From Selenomonadaceae bacterium (GTDB lineage: Bacteria; Bacillota; Negativicutes; Selenomonadales; Selenomonadaceae), in the NCBI GenBank assembly GCA_017549815.1, contig JAFYNH010000018.1, forward strand, positions 586-64,585: a DNA stretch of 64,000 bases, given 5' to 3'. The stretch's first letter is position 1. Every line of letters begins with the position of its first letter. Below the pieces are notes generated by a model that was given only the letters and a program-made list of their open reading frames with translations, had not been told where the DNA came from and made no database searches. The position numbers and the translations under genes are program-made. This document shows positions 34,353 through 43,781 of this stretch, piece after piece.

Positions 34353-35561
34353 TTATTTCTTGACTTTGACGCAAGCCGCGAATTTCTCGTAATTTTCTTT
34401 GACGACTGCATTAGTTGTACTCTGCGCGGCGGCTTTTTGAATGTAATTCCAAGTTTCCTCGTAATTCTTTTGGCGGAAATAGGCTAAGGCAATGTCGTTG
34501 TAAGCGTCGGCGTTAATCGTCTCAATCGCCAGCGAAGATTCATAATCGCTTATCGCGCCCTTAAAGTCGTTTTTGGCAAGTTTCAAACGCCCGCGATTAT
34601 ACCAGCCGTCAACAAATTTTTCGTCAATGGCAAGGAGCGTGTCATAAGTTTTAATGGCGTCGTCGAGCTTATTAATTTTCTCCTGCGCGAGTGCAAGGTC
34701 GAAAAGAGCTTCTTTTAATTCGGACTCAACGTCCAACGCCGCTTGAAAATCGTCCGCCGAACCATAAAAATCTTCGCGCTCAAAGTTTACAATTCCGCGA
34801 TAAACATACGCTGCCGCCTTATCGTCTTCAAGCAAAACTTTCAAGTTCGCCGCGTCCAAAGAGGCGTCGGAACCGTCGGGCATTTGCGCCTGCATCCACA
34901 AATTCAAAATATCTTCGCCGTAATGATTGCCCGGCACCGCCCAAACGCCGTTTAAATCCGTCCACTTAGTCAGCTTGCCGAAAATCTGCGGACGGAATTT
35001 TTTTATTAACTCATAGCGCGGGTCGACGACTTCAACTTTCGGCGGACGCTTTGAAGTGTAAGACAATAAATGTTGAATATGCGCCCTTGCTCCTAGCTGA
35101 GGAGTCGCAAAAAATTCGCCTTTGACGCCGCCGCCCGTCGTACCAAGCCCGCAATAATTATTCTGTTCGGGAATAACATCGCCGCCGTAATTCCAAACGC
35201 CCGTTTCCTTTATCGCTTGGCAAATTGCAATGTCGGGACGGATTCCTTCGCGCTCCGCCTCGACGTAATATAAATGAACAAGCTCTTCGACTGAGCAATT
35301 AAGTTTTGGATTCGGATTGCGTTTGTTGATGTAATTAACCATTTGCGCTTGAGTGGCGACCGCCTCGCCCATTATCGGTACGTCAGAATAATTTTCGCGC
35401 AGAATTATCATCGGCTCCCCGTGCGAAGGTGATTCAACCAGTTCAATCTTCTTGAGTTGTTTCTTGTTGAATTTTATTTTTGATTTCTTCGCCGCGTCCG
35501 CGCAGGCTGTCAGCGATAAAATAAACATTAAGATTAAAACAAGACTTAAAAATTTTTTCAT
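34353..35561 (-). CDS. Lipoprotein with a glucosaminidase (mannosyl-glycoprotein endo-beta-N-acetylglucosaminidase) domain and C-terminal TPRs
   Basis: MKKFLSLVLILMFILSLTAC lipobox. AICQAIKETGVWNYGG...NNYCGLG is the glucosaminidase motif. Start is the ATG at 35561 after AAGGAG. Confidence 0.75.
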   Translation of the reverse strand: MKKFLSLVLILMFILSLTACADAAKKSKIKFNKKQLKKIELVESPSHGEPMIILRENYSDVPIMGEAVATQAQMVNYINKRNPNPKLNCSVEELVHLYYVEAEREGIRPDIAICQAIKETGVWNYGGDVIPEQNNYCGLGTTGGGVKGEFFATPQLGARAHIQHLLSYTSKRPPKVEVVDPRYELIKKFRPQIFGKLTKWTDLNGVWAVPGNHYGEDILNLWMQAQMPDGSDASLDAANLKVLLEDDKAAAYVYRGIVNFEREDFYGSADDFQAALDVESELKEALFDLALAQEKINKLDDAIKTYDTLLAIDEKFVDGWYNRGRLKLAKNDFKGAISDYESSLAIETINADAYNDIALAYFRQKNYEETWNYIQKAAAQSTTNAVVKENYEKFAACVKVKK

Positions 35562-35571
35562 AGAGAACTCC

Positions 35572-36591
35572 TTACACGTTGAAATAATCAATCTTCATAG
35601 CTCTTTTAACTCTGTTCAAAACTTGCGACGCTTTAGCGCGAGCCTTTTTAGTGCCTTCTTTAAGAATATCCATAACTTCATCGGGACGCGCCTCGTATTC
35701 GGCATGACGGCGGCGAATAGGCTCCAAAATTTCTTCCAGAATTTCGCGCAGATATTTTTTAACTGCAACGTCTCCAAGCCCGCCGCGTTGATAATGTTCC
35801 TTAAGCTCGGCGACTTTTTCTTTATCCGTCGCGAAGGCGTCAAGATACGTAAAGACAACGTTGCCCTCAATATGTCCGGGGTCGGAAATTTTAATGTGCG
35901 TCGGATCGGTGTACATGTCCTTAATCTTCGCCGCAACCGTCTTGCTGTCATCGCTCAGATAAATACAGTTGCCCAAAGTCTTACTCATCTTAGCTTTGCC
36001 GTCGACGCCGGGCAGTCTGCAACAAACCTTATTGCTCGGCAAGAAAATTTCTGGCTCAACCAAAATTCCTTCGCCGTAAAGTTCATGCATTTTGCGGACA
36101 ATCTCCCGCGTCTGCTCAAGCATAGGAGCTTGGTCTTCGCCGACTGGTACAACATTCGCGTCGAATGCCGTAATATCTGCCGCTTGACTGACGGGATAAC
36201 ATAAAAAGCCGGCGGGAATACTCGTCTCGAAATTTTTTTGAGCGATTTCAGCCTTAACAGTCGGATTGCGTTCAAGGCGCGAAACGGTGACGATATTCAT
36301 ATAGTACGCCGTCAACTCGAAGAGCTGGGGAATTTGCGACTGGATAAAAATCGTAGACTTCGCAGGGTCAAGCCCGACTGCTAAATAATCCAACGCGACG
36401 TTCAAAATATTTTCGTGAACTTTGGCGGGAGTACCCGCATGGTCGGTTAAAGCTTGCGCGTCGGCTATCATGATATAAATTTCGTCGAACTCGCCCGAAT
36501 TCTGGAGCCTCACACGCTCGCGAAGACTCCCGACGTAATGTCCGAGATGAAGTTTGCCCGTAGGTCTGTCGCCCGTCAAAATAGTTTTCAT
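35572..36591 (-). CDS. trpS: Tryptophan--tRNA ligase
   Basis: TGDRPTGKLHLGHYVG (HIGH) and KMSKT (KMSKS). 339 aa. Confidence 0.95.
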   Translation of the reverse strand: MKTILTGDRPTGKLHLGHYVGSLRERVRLQNSGEFDEIYIMIADAQALTDHAGTPAKVHENILNVALDYLAVGLDPAKSTIFIQSQIPQLFELTAYYMNIVTVSRLERNPTVKAEIAQKNFETSIPAGFLCYPVSQAADITAFDANVVPVGEDQAPMLEQTREIVRKMHELYGEGILVEPEIFLPSNKVCCRLPGVDGKAKMSKTLGNCIYLSDDSKTVAAKIKDMYTDPTHIKISDPGHIEGNVVFTYLDAFATDKEKVAELKEHYQRGGLGDVAVKKYLREILEEILEPIRRRHAEYEARPDEVMDILKEGTKKARAKASQVLNRVKRAMKIDYFNV

Positions 36592-36650
36592 AAAAATTTT
36601 TCCTCCTTATTTGCACTTAACTTGCAGTTTCTTGATATATTTTGAATTCA

Positions 36651-39140
36651 CTAACAGCCACCTTTAATCTTTGCCTCAAGTCGGCGACGTAATTCCTCAT
36701 GAAATTCTTCCGCGCCCGTCTGAAATTTTACTTCGACGCAGATAACGTAAATCGGTATGTTCCAATTTTCCCGCGCCACTTCTTCAGGAATTTTAACGGC
36801 GTCCTTTTCCGTAACGACAATCATCTCCGCCGCGAATGAATCCGCCCGCCGCAAAATATCTTCCATTTCCATAATTGTATAATCGTGGTGGTCGGGATAA
36901 CGCAAGCTCGAAATAATTTCCGCGCCTAAATCTCTTAACGTCCGTTCAAATGACGCGGGATTTCCGATTGCCGAGACAGCCATAACTTTTCTTTTAGAAA
37001 TTACCTCGACGGGAACGCCCTCGCCCGCCAAATCAGTTGCCCAATTCGCAATCGGTATCAGACAACGCGGTCTGTGAATACTCTCTACAATCTGCGCGGA
37101 AGAATTATATCTTGCAACGGTTTCACGAATCAAATCGCAGGAGCCTTCGCGAGCTTGGTCAACCTTCGTCATTAAGCAAACATCTGCGCGGCTTATATGC
37201 GACATAGATTCACGCAAAATCCCACGCGGCAAAAGATAGCCATTGCCGAAAAGGGAAACCGCGTCTATCAGTAAAATATCGAAGTCGCGAATAACTTGCC
37301 AATGTTGATAACCGTCGTCCAGAATCACAACTTCCGCGCCGAATTTTTCTATCGCATATTGTCCAGTAACCGCCCGCCTTGCGCCGATTAATACTGGCAC
37401 GTCCGGCAAATGTTTAGCCAACATATAGGCTTCGTCGCCCGCCTGCGTCGCGTCCATTTTTAAATTTTTCCCGTCCGAGACTATACCGACTTCGCCTTTA
37501 AACTTCGCCCGATAACCGCGATTCAAAATTACGACGCGATAACCCATGTCATGAATTTCTTTAGCCAATCGCTGAGCCGTCGGAGTTTTGCCCGTTCCGC
37601 CGACCGTGATATTTCCTAGACTTATAACAAAGCAATTCAATCGCTCCTTGCCCGAAAAGCCCAGTTCATAGCCGAGCAAGCGCAAATCAACCAACCCACG
37701 ATAAATCAGCGAGCCGAGATATAAAACAAAAATTATCAGCGGCGTAAAGGCTCCGCGAACTTCTTCATCATGAATCAGCTTTAGGAAATATGTTTGAACG
37801 TTTTCAATTTTCTCCGTCGTGCGAAGGCGTCGAGCACTTTCTTTAGCCTCATACTCTGTCAACATTTCCCGCAAAAGTACTGCAGACTTCCTCGACGCGC
37901 CGCGATTTTCATGAACAATTTTAATCGTTTCTTCCTCAAGGCGTTGACGCTCAGCGGGTTCGTCGAAAAGTTTTTTAACCTGCGCGGCAAGCTCATCATC
38001 ATTATTAACCGTGATACAAGCGTTGCGATTTTTAAACAGCGCGTGCAAGTCCTTAAAATTTTCCATGTGGTGTCCAACGATAATCGCCTTGCCGTGCGCC
38101 GCCGGTTCAAGGATATTATGCCCGCCGTGCGAAATCAAACTGCCGCCGACATAAATCACGTTGCCGACGCTGTAAACCTGTCCGAGTTCGCCGATTGTAT
38201 CAAGGATAATAATATCTTCGTTCGCGGGCGGACGTTTTTGTAATTCTGTCCGAGTGCCAACCGTAAAGCCCGCCGCCTTGCATAGCGCGACGACTTCACG
38301 AGTCCGCAAAAGTTCACGCGGAGCAATAATAAGACGCGCCTTCGGGTGATTTTCGCGAATCGCTTTGAACGCCTTAAGTACAAAATTTTCTTCGCCGCGA
38401 TGAGTACTGCCCGCTAAAAAAATTTCCTTAGCGTCCGTCAAGCCCATGTCCGACAGAATTTTTCTGCGCTGTTCGTCAGTCACGTCAGTATAAGTCTGAT
38501 CAAATTTCGTGTTGCCCGTGACAGTCACGAGTTCGGGCGGTGCTCCAAGCTGTTTGACAAAGCCCGCGTCGACCGATGACGCCATTGCGAAAAGTTTCAC
38601 CGTGCCTATCATGTCGCGCAGAATCGAAAACATGTACTTATAACGCTTAACGCTCTTTTCCGAAATGCGCCCGTTTACCATCATGACAGGTACTTGATTT
38701 TCTCGCGCCGCCTTTAAAAAGTTTGGCCAAAGTTCCGTCTCGACGTTCAGAAAAACTCGCGGGAAAATTTTTTTGAACACCGACTCCGATATAAACGGCA
38801 AGTCCAACGGGAAATAAATTATGCTGTCCGCGTCTTTGATGATTCGATTTGCCATTTCGTAGCCGCTTGTCGTCACTACCGAAACTAATATTGGCGACTT
38901 CGGGAACTCGCGGCGGAATTCTTTTATCAGCGGACTTGTCGCCACAATTTCGCCGACCGACGCCGCATGTACCCAGATACAATTTTTTTTCGCCACAGGG
39001 TCGAGTGCGCCCTTCGGGAAAAATCCGAAACTCTGTTTGATTCGCTCCACAAAGCCCCGCTCTCTTATCGAACGAATCATGAACACCGGAATTATTAATA
39101 TCACGACGAGTATCGCCGCAAAGTTGTAAAGTAATTGCAA
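36651..39140 (-). CDS. waaA/lpxK: Bifunctional Kdo transferase (WaaA/KdtA) fused to tetraacyldisaccharide 4'-kinase (LpxK)
   Basis: N-terminal half: WVHAASVGE and GGSL..HGGHN.LEPAA (KdtA). After an internal TM segment comes NITVGGTGKTP (LpxK P-loop) and ILDDGYQH. 829 aa in one frame. Confidence 0.85.
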   Translation of the reverse strand: MQLLYNFAAILVVILIIPVFMIRSIRERGFVERIKQSFGFFPKGALDPVAKKNCIWVHAASVGEIVATSPLIKEFRREFPKSPILVSVVTTSGYEMANRIIKDADSIIYFPLDLPFISESVFKKIFPRVFLNVETELWPNFLKAARENQVPVMMVNGRISEKSVKRYKYMFSILRDMIGTVKLFAMASSVDAGFVKQLGAPPELVTVTGNTKFDQTYTDVTDEQRRKILSDMGLTDAKEIFLAGSTHRGEENFVLKAFKAIRENHPKARLIIAPRELLRTREVVALCKAAGFTVGTRTELQKRPPANEDIIILDTIGELGQVYSVGNVIYVGGSLISHGGHNILEPAAHGKAIIVGHHMENFKDLHALFKNRNACITVNNDDELAAQVKKLFDEPAERQRLEEETIKIVHENRGASRKSAVLLREMLTEYEAKESARRLRTTEKIENVQTYFLKLIHDEEVRGAFTPLIIFVLYLGSLIYRGLVDLRLLGYELGFSGKERLNCFVISLGNITVGGTGKTPTAQRLAKEIHDMGYRVVILNRGYRAKFKGEVGIVSDGKNLKMDATQAGDEAYMLAKHLPDVPVLIGARRAVTGQYAIEKFGAEVVILDDGYQHWQVIRDFDILLIDAVSLFGNGYLLPRGILRESMSHISRADVCLMTKVDQAREGSCDLIRETVARYNSSAQIVESIHRPRCLIPIANWATDLAGEGVPVEVISKRKVMAVSAIGNPASFERTLRDLGAEIISSLRYPDHHDYTIMEMEDILRRADSFAAEMIVVTEKDAVKIPEEVARENWNIPIYVICVEVKFQTGAEEFHEELRRRLEAKIKGGC

Positions 39141-39168
39141 TTAGCGAGCTCCTCTTTGTAAAAATTTT

Positions 39169-40032
39169 TTAAATTAAAGGCGCAAGTTCTCTTTGCATTT
39201 CAAGCGAAATACTTAACGCGCTCATTGCCGCCTCTGCTGTCAAATGAAAATTGACCATCAAGTTACGAATATTTTTAAGTGTGGTTATGCGTTCGCCTTC
39301 AGCCAAACCTTCAGCCAAACCTTCTTCGCGACCTTGAGCTATGTATGACCTTTTGGCGTCTTCCTCATTCCAAATAAGGTTTACCATAAAAAATACCTCC
39401 TTCATATGTGCCGATAAATAATTACGCATAACGTCGTTTTCTATGCACCATTTCATAGCGGAAATAATCGCCTCGTCGCGACTCATACCAATTTTAAGAT
39501 TAAACGCGACCCTGTCAATAAAACAACTGTAATCGTGTACGGAACGACATTCGCGAATCAAATTAAAATTTTTGTTGTAATTAATGTTGTAAACTTTAAC
39601 CGTCAATTCGACGTCGCCCGTCATGGAAAAAGCATCCGAAAGTTTCAAGGTACTCTCTTCCGGACAAGGTTCCTTGCCATTGTAGAAAACAAAAAACTTC
39701 GGCGCAGGTAATTTGATGATCCTTGTCCGATAAATCAAATCCTCTTTAATCGAACCGCGATAAAGCAATGACAGATAGAATAACATTCGGAGCGGCATAT
39801 TAAAATTCCGCGTGCTCTGGTGCTCGAAGAATACAAAACAATTTTCTCCCGCACTAAATGAAACGTCATTACGAAGGTTGCTGAATAAAATATCATCAAC
39901 ATTATTTTCGCTGAGTTGCTCCGCTTTCAAATTCAAACCCGTCACCACATTGCAAAGTTGAACGAAATTTTCTTTATCCCTGAAATAATCTCGGAACAGC
40001 GAATCACGGTAAATCTTTTTCGAGGAGTCCAA
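39169..40032 (-). CDS. Rpn-family recombination-promoting nuclease / putative transposase (PD-(D/E)XK, TIGR01784-like)
   Basis: SLFRDYFRDKENF..., VFFEHQSTRNFNMPLRMLFY, and a C-terminal helical region with the EGLAEGLAEGER repeat typical of this family. Confidence 0.75.
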   Translation of the reverse strand: MDSSKKIYRDSLFRDYFRDKENFVQLCNVVTGLNLKAEQLSENNVDDILFSNLRNDVSFSAGENCFVFFEHQSTRNFNMPLRMLFYLSLLYRGSIKEDLIYRTRIIKLPAPKFFVFYNGKEPCPEESTLKLSDAFSMTGDVELTVKVYNINYNKNFNLIRECRSVHDYSCFIDRVAFNLKIGMSRDEAIISAMKWCIENDVMRNYLSAHMKEVFFMVNLIWNEEDAKRSYIAQGREEGLAEGLAEGERITTLKNIRNLMVNFHLTAEAAMSALSISLEMQRELAPLI

Positions 40033-40099
40033 TAAAATCTCTCCCTCTTTATAAAATTTTCGCGATTATATCATACGCAGGAAATTTTTCATACTTATC

Positions 40100-40138
40100 A
40101 AAAAAAATCTGCCGCCCGCAAGCGACAGAAATTTTTTT
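40100..40138 (-). terminator. Rho-independent terminator after the GGDEF gene
   Basis: Minus strand: TCTGTCGC-ttgcgg-GCGGCAGA followed by T8. Confidence 0.6.
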
Positions 40139-40139
40139 A

Positions 40140-42101
40140 TCAATCGGTTCTCTGGGCTTTCATCGCTAACTTGTTTTGATACATAAGCGCATCCGCCCGC
40201 TTGAATACTTCGTCCGCGCTTTTATCTTTTTCTTTATCATAAAACGCAATGCCGACTGCCGCCGAAATTTTCTCCCAAGGCTCAAGCAACTCATTTGTAT
40301 TCTTGCGATCCATTTCCATTTGAAATTGCTTGACGAAATATCTACAAAGCGAAACCTTATCGCCCGAAATTACAACGACAAATTCATCGCCGCCTATTCT
40401 GTAAACATGCTCCGTGCCGAATACCGAACAAACCAACCTGCAGGCGTTAATCAAATACTCGTTGCCGCGCTCGTGCCCGTAGTTGTCATTGACTTTCTTT
40501 AAAAAGTTTACGTCAACCATAACGATACAAAATTCCGCGTCGCCGTCCTCAATATGCTGGTCAAGCTTGGCAATCGTAGTGGCGTAGGCGGTCTTGTTCC
40601 TTATGCCCGTTAAAGAATCCGTGTTCGCCAATTCGTCCATAGCGTAAACTTTAACCTTCATGTTCTCAACTTGTATCTTGGCAATCTGCAAACTCTCTAA
40701 GTACTTAGAAATATTATCCGAAGATTGAATCAAGGCGGCATATAAATTTTCTATCTCGTCGCCCGTCTTAATTTTTAAGCTCTTAATTCGTTCAATACTT
40801 TTCTTGCGCTCGTCAGGATTGTCGTAGGAAACATTTTTCGCGCAATAAGCCATTGTGTTCAGCGGCATAACTATATTGTTATCGACAAACCACAAGCCGA
40901 GTACGAAAATAAAAACAAAACAGCCCGCGAATAAAATTAGCAACTGCGCGATAAAGCTCTGTGTGTATTCCGTGAGCGTGTCCATTGAGAAATCAACTGC
41001 CGCATAACATTGGCATTTGCCCACATTGTCATAAAGCGGCTTGTAAAGCGTCATCAAATAGCCGTATTTATCATCGGTAATTATCGGCGGAATCGGTCTG
41101 CCTATAATTAAATCGTCTTTGTACTTGAGAACAGAGGGTTCAAAATCAATAAAAGTTCCAGGTTTGTCCCCCGTCAAGTTCGCAGTATTGATGTCAAATA
41201 TAACTTGGCAGCCTTCCTCCGTAAATCTGTACACGTAAAGGAATTTTACTTCAATACTGCTATTTTTTATGCCGTAAAGTTTTTGTTCAACGTCCCTGTA
41301 ATCTTTGGAATCGCGTCCATATTTTATGTAATCGTCGATTTTGGAAGGTTCGAGTTCATTAAGCACGACTGAAACTATTCCGTCAACGGCTTTTATACGG
41401 TCATTTACGGTCGCACTTCTGAAAAGTAAACAGCTGATAACTGCAATCGAGAATGAGACGAAAAACGCACTCAACATTAAGATTAAAAGCATTTTCGTCC
41501 GAAGTGAAGCCGTTAATAAATCATTTTCCTTGTAAACTTCGGCTCGTATTTCGTCGGATAAAGGAGCTTGTCTTTGTCCCAGCAAGCGGAAAGAACGCTT
41601 TATCGGCGCGGGCACCTTTTGCACTAAGGCGAACGCCAACATAATCGAAACTGTTTTGTCTAGGAATTCGTATAAAAGATTTTCGACGAAGTTCAACTGA
41701 AATGTGCCGACCATTTGAAGAAAACTCGTCGTTTCCACAAAAAATTCTATCAATATTGCACAGCCGCCGACCAAAAGCGTCAGCATGGGAACGAGGATTA
41801 ATGCTTTTCGCAAGTCGTTAAAAAAACCTTTGCGGGCAAAATATGTTGTAAGAATTGCAATGAGTACGCTGACAGAACAGAAATACATTTGAATTGGATC
41901 GAAAAAAGATTTAAAAAGATTCGTCAGGAATCCGATTGTAATGCCGGGCATGTAGCCGCCCAATGCCGCGATAAAAATTGTGCCGCTCGTGTCGAGAAAA
42001 ACTGGTAGGTTAAAAATTTTTACCAAAAAAGAGCCGAGCAAGTTCATTAGCAAGCCCATTGAGCATATGAACATAAATTTTCCGACAGACATATAAATCA
42101 C
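40140..42101 (-). CDS. Membrane-bound diguanylate cyclase (multi-TM N-terminus, periplasmic segment, GGDEF domain)
   Basis: RIGGDEFVVV active site, DSLTGIRNK, and several N-terminal TM helices. 653 aa. Confidence 0.85.
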   Translation of the reverse strand: MIYMSVGKFMFICSMGLLMNLLGSFLVKIFNLPVFLDTSGTIFIAALGGYMPGITIGFLTNLFKSFFDPIQMYFCSVSVLIAILTTYFARKGFFNDLRKALILVPMLTLLVGGCAILIEFFVETTSFLQMVGTFQLNFVENLLYEFLDKTVSIMLAFALVQKVPAPIKRSFRLLGQRQAPLSDEIRAEVYKENDLLTASLRTKMLLILMLSAFFVSFSIAVISCLLFRSATVNDRIKAVDGIVSVVLNELEPSKIDDYIKYGRDSKDYRDVEQKLYGIKNSSIEVKFLYVYRFTEEGCQVIFDINTANLTGDKPGTFIDFEPSVLKYKDDLIIGRPIPPIITDDKYGYLMTLYKPLYDNVGKCQCYAAVDFSMDTLTEYTQSFIAQLLILFAGCFVFIFVLGLWFVDNNIVMPLNTMAYCAKNVSYDNPDERKKSIERIKSLKIKTGDEIENLYAALIQSSDNISKYLESLQIAKIQVENMKVKVYAMDELANTDSLTGIRNKTAYATTIAKLDQHIEDGDAEFCIVMVDVNFLKKVNDNYGHERGNEYLINACRLVCSVFGTEHVYRIGGDEFVVVISGDKVSLCRYFVKQFQMEMDRKNTNELLEPWEKISAAVGIAFYDKEKDKSADEVFKRADALMYQNKLAMKAQRTD

Positions 42102-42142
42102 TCCCTTACAAAAAAATTTTTAGCTATTGTACCATATGCACG

Positions 42143-42172
42143 AAAAAAAATCTGCCGCGCTAACGACAGATT
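42143..42172 (-). terminator. Rho-independent terminator ending the long dcw/glycan gene array
   Basis: Minus strand: TCTGTCG-ttagcg-CGGCAGA followed by T8. The first 16 nt (AAAAAAAATCTGCCGC on plus) are identical to the element at 40101. Confidence 0.6.
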
Positions 42173-42194
42173 TAAAATTTTTATGCGGGCTATT

Positions 42195-43781
42195 TTAGCT
42201 TTGAATTTCGTCTTTTGGCGCAACGTAACAGGGCGTCGACGTAAAAATAATTTCATCGGTCTGAAACATTGCGTCGAGAGTAAAAAGGAGTTCCGCGTCC
42301 GCGCCGATTTTTTCGTTAAATCTGATTTTATTTTCCATGAGAAATTTACGTTTGAAAATCATCGTCTCTAAAGGCGGAAAAACTTCGTTATTTGTTAAGA
42401 TTCTTAAAAGCGTCAGCTTATCTAATTTCCCATGAAAAATTCCATCTAGGTTCTGAAACGCAGAAATACGCTCCATGCTGAATTTTTTATCGTTAATGCT
42501 AATGTCGCCTTGTTCATTTTCCTTGAGCCAAGATACGGAATTGAAAACATCCCGTTTCCCTTGCATTAAACAAAAATAAGAGATTGTATTTACAAGAATT
42601 CTGTCGTTCCCTTTTAAAAACAAAATAAAATCACCTTGGGCAACATCAAGGGCTTTGTTCCACGCGGCTTCGTTTTGAACTTTGTCATGAAGTTTTATTA
42701 ATGTGATATTGTCGTATTCTTTAGCGACTTGCTTACAAATTTTGCCACTGTCATCAGTCGAAGCGTTGTCTATTATAATAAGCTCAAAAAATTTATAATC
42801 CTGTCCGATTATGGTGTTCAAACTTTCGACGATTGTATCAATGTTATTGTTCACAACAAGCAAAATGGAAAAATAAGGGTGAATTGTAAAGCTCGCTGAT
42901 TGATTATTTAAGTCAAATGGAATTCTTATCCACCTGTCAGAATCGAACGGGGAATTTTCATTTCTTTCAGCCGAAAAATGACGGTAAGTTTCTTTAGTTC
43001 CTAAGATAGAAGACGGAATTGGCACGAAAACTTTTTTATCAGGATTTTGATTAAGCCATGCACCCCACCAACTGAACGTACTGTTGGCAATAATGTTATG
43101 CTTGCAAAAGCTCATCAAATAAATTTCCTCAACGTCTTGTAAATTTTCTCCCTCAACAAATTCCATTGGTACGCCCGCACGCAGATTTTCTTTAACCCAC
43201 TGCAAATCATTTGAGAAGATAAACAGCGTAAGATTTTTGTACTGTTGTTTCAAAATCTCTATGCATTCATAGTAGTAATCAAGCGGCAGAATCGCGAACA
43301 TTGGAAACTTTGAATTCTGAATAAAATCGCCGTGACGAACATGCAAAGATACCGAGCAATCAGCGGCAAGAATTTTTTCTTTCCAATTTTGAGCTATTGA
43401 GCCGAGCGGTTGTTTTAACGTGAATTCTTGACGCAAAATATCAGCAATGTCAGCAAAGTATCTCTCATTTTCCCAGTAACCGCTAACATAAATATTATCT
43501 GGATAATCCAAAACTTCCGGCATAAATTTTGCGTTCATTACATTTTTTTCTATTCCAATTGAAGTGCCTTCACAATTTTTTTTGAGTTGTTTAATTTCTT
43601 CAGGCGAAGCAAAGCTTGATGTAATATTCAATTTATCTAAGACAAATTGTGGAAATTTACCCTCCACATATCCGAGCTTTTCGATTTTAAATTCTGTGTT
43701 AAGTTTATGTGCCAAACGTCGTCCTGCCGCATATTGAAAAAGTTGATTGCCGATACCGCCGCCTATTTTTGAGATTATCAA
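42195..43781 (-). CDS. Fused glycosyltransferase: GT11 (alpha-1,2-fucosyltransferase-like) N-terminal domain + GT2 C-terminal domain
   Basis: GT11 motifs: GGIGNQLFQYAAGRRLA, SLHVRHGDF, NSTFSWWGAWL. Then FSILLVVNNN...ELIIIDNASTDDS (GT2 DxD-type N-terminus). Confidence 0.8.
   Translation of the reverse strand: MIISKIGGGIGNQLFQYAAGRRLAHKLNTEFKIEKLGYVEGKFPQFVLDKLNITSSFASPEEIKQLKKNCEGTSIGIEKNVMNAKFMPEVLDYPDNIYVSGYWENERYFADIADILRQEFTLKQPLGSIAQNWKEKILAADCSVSLHVRHGDFIQNSKFPMFAILPLDYYYECIEILKQQYKNLTLFIFSNDLQWVKENLRAGVPMEFVEGENLQDVEEIYLMSFCKHNIIANSTFSWWGAWLNQNPDKKVFVPIPSSILGTKETYRHFSAERNENSPFDSDRWIRIPFDLNNQSASFTIHPYFSILLVVNNNIDTIVESLNTIIGQDYKFFELIIIDNASTDDSGKICKQVAKEYDNITLIKLHDKVQNEAAWNKALDVAQGDFILFLKGNDRILVNTISYFCLMQGKRDVFNSVSWLKENEQGDISINDKKFSMERISAFQNLDGIFHGKLDKLTLLRILTNNEVFPPLETMIFKRKFLMENKIRFNEKIGADAELLFTLDAMFQTDEIIFTSTPCYVAPKDEIQS

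Noticed and set aside
35452-36204. 250-aa plus-strand ORF
   Set aside because: It is antisense to trpS and the lipoprotein gene, both of which have unmistakable motifs. It has no start context.
36592-36650. Possible T-box leader upstream of trpS
   Set aside because: Only 59 nt separate trpS from the preceding gene. That is far too short for a T-box, and no specifier or T-box sequence is seen.
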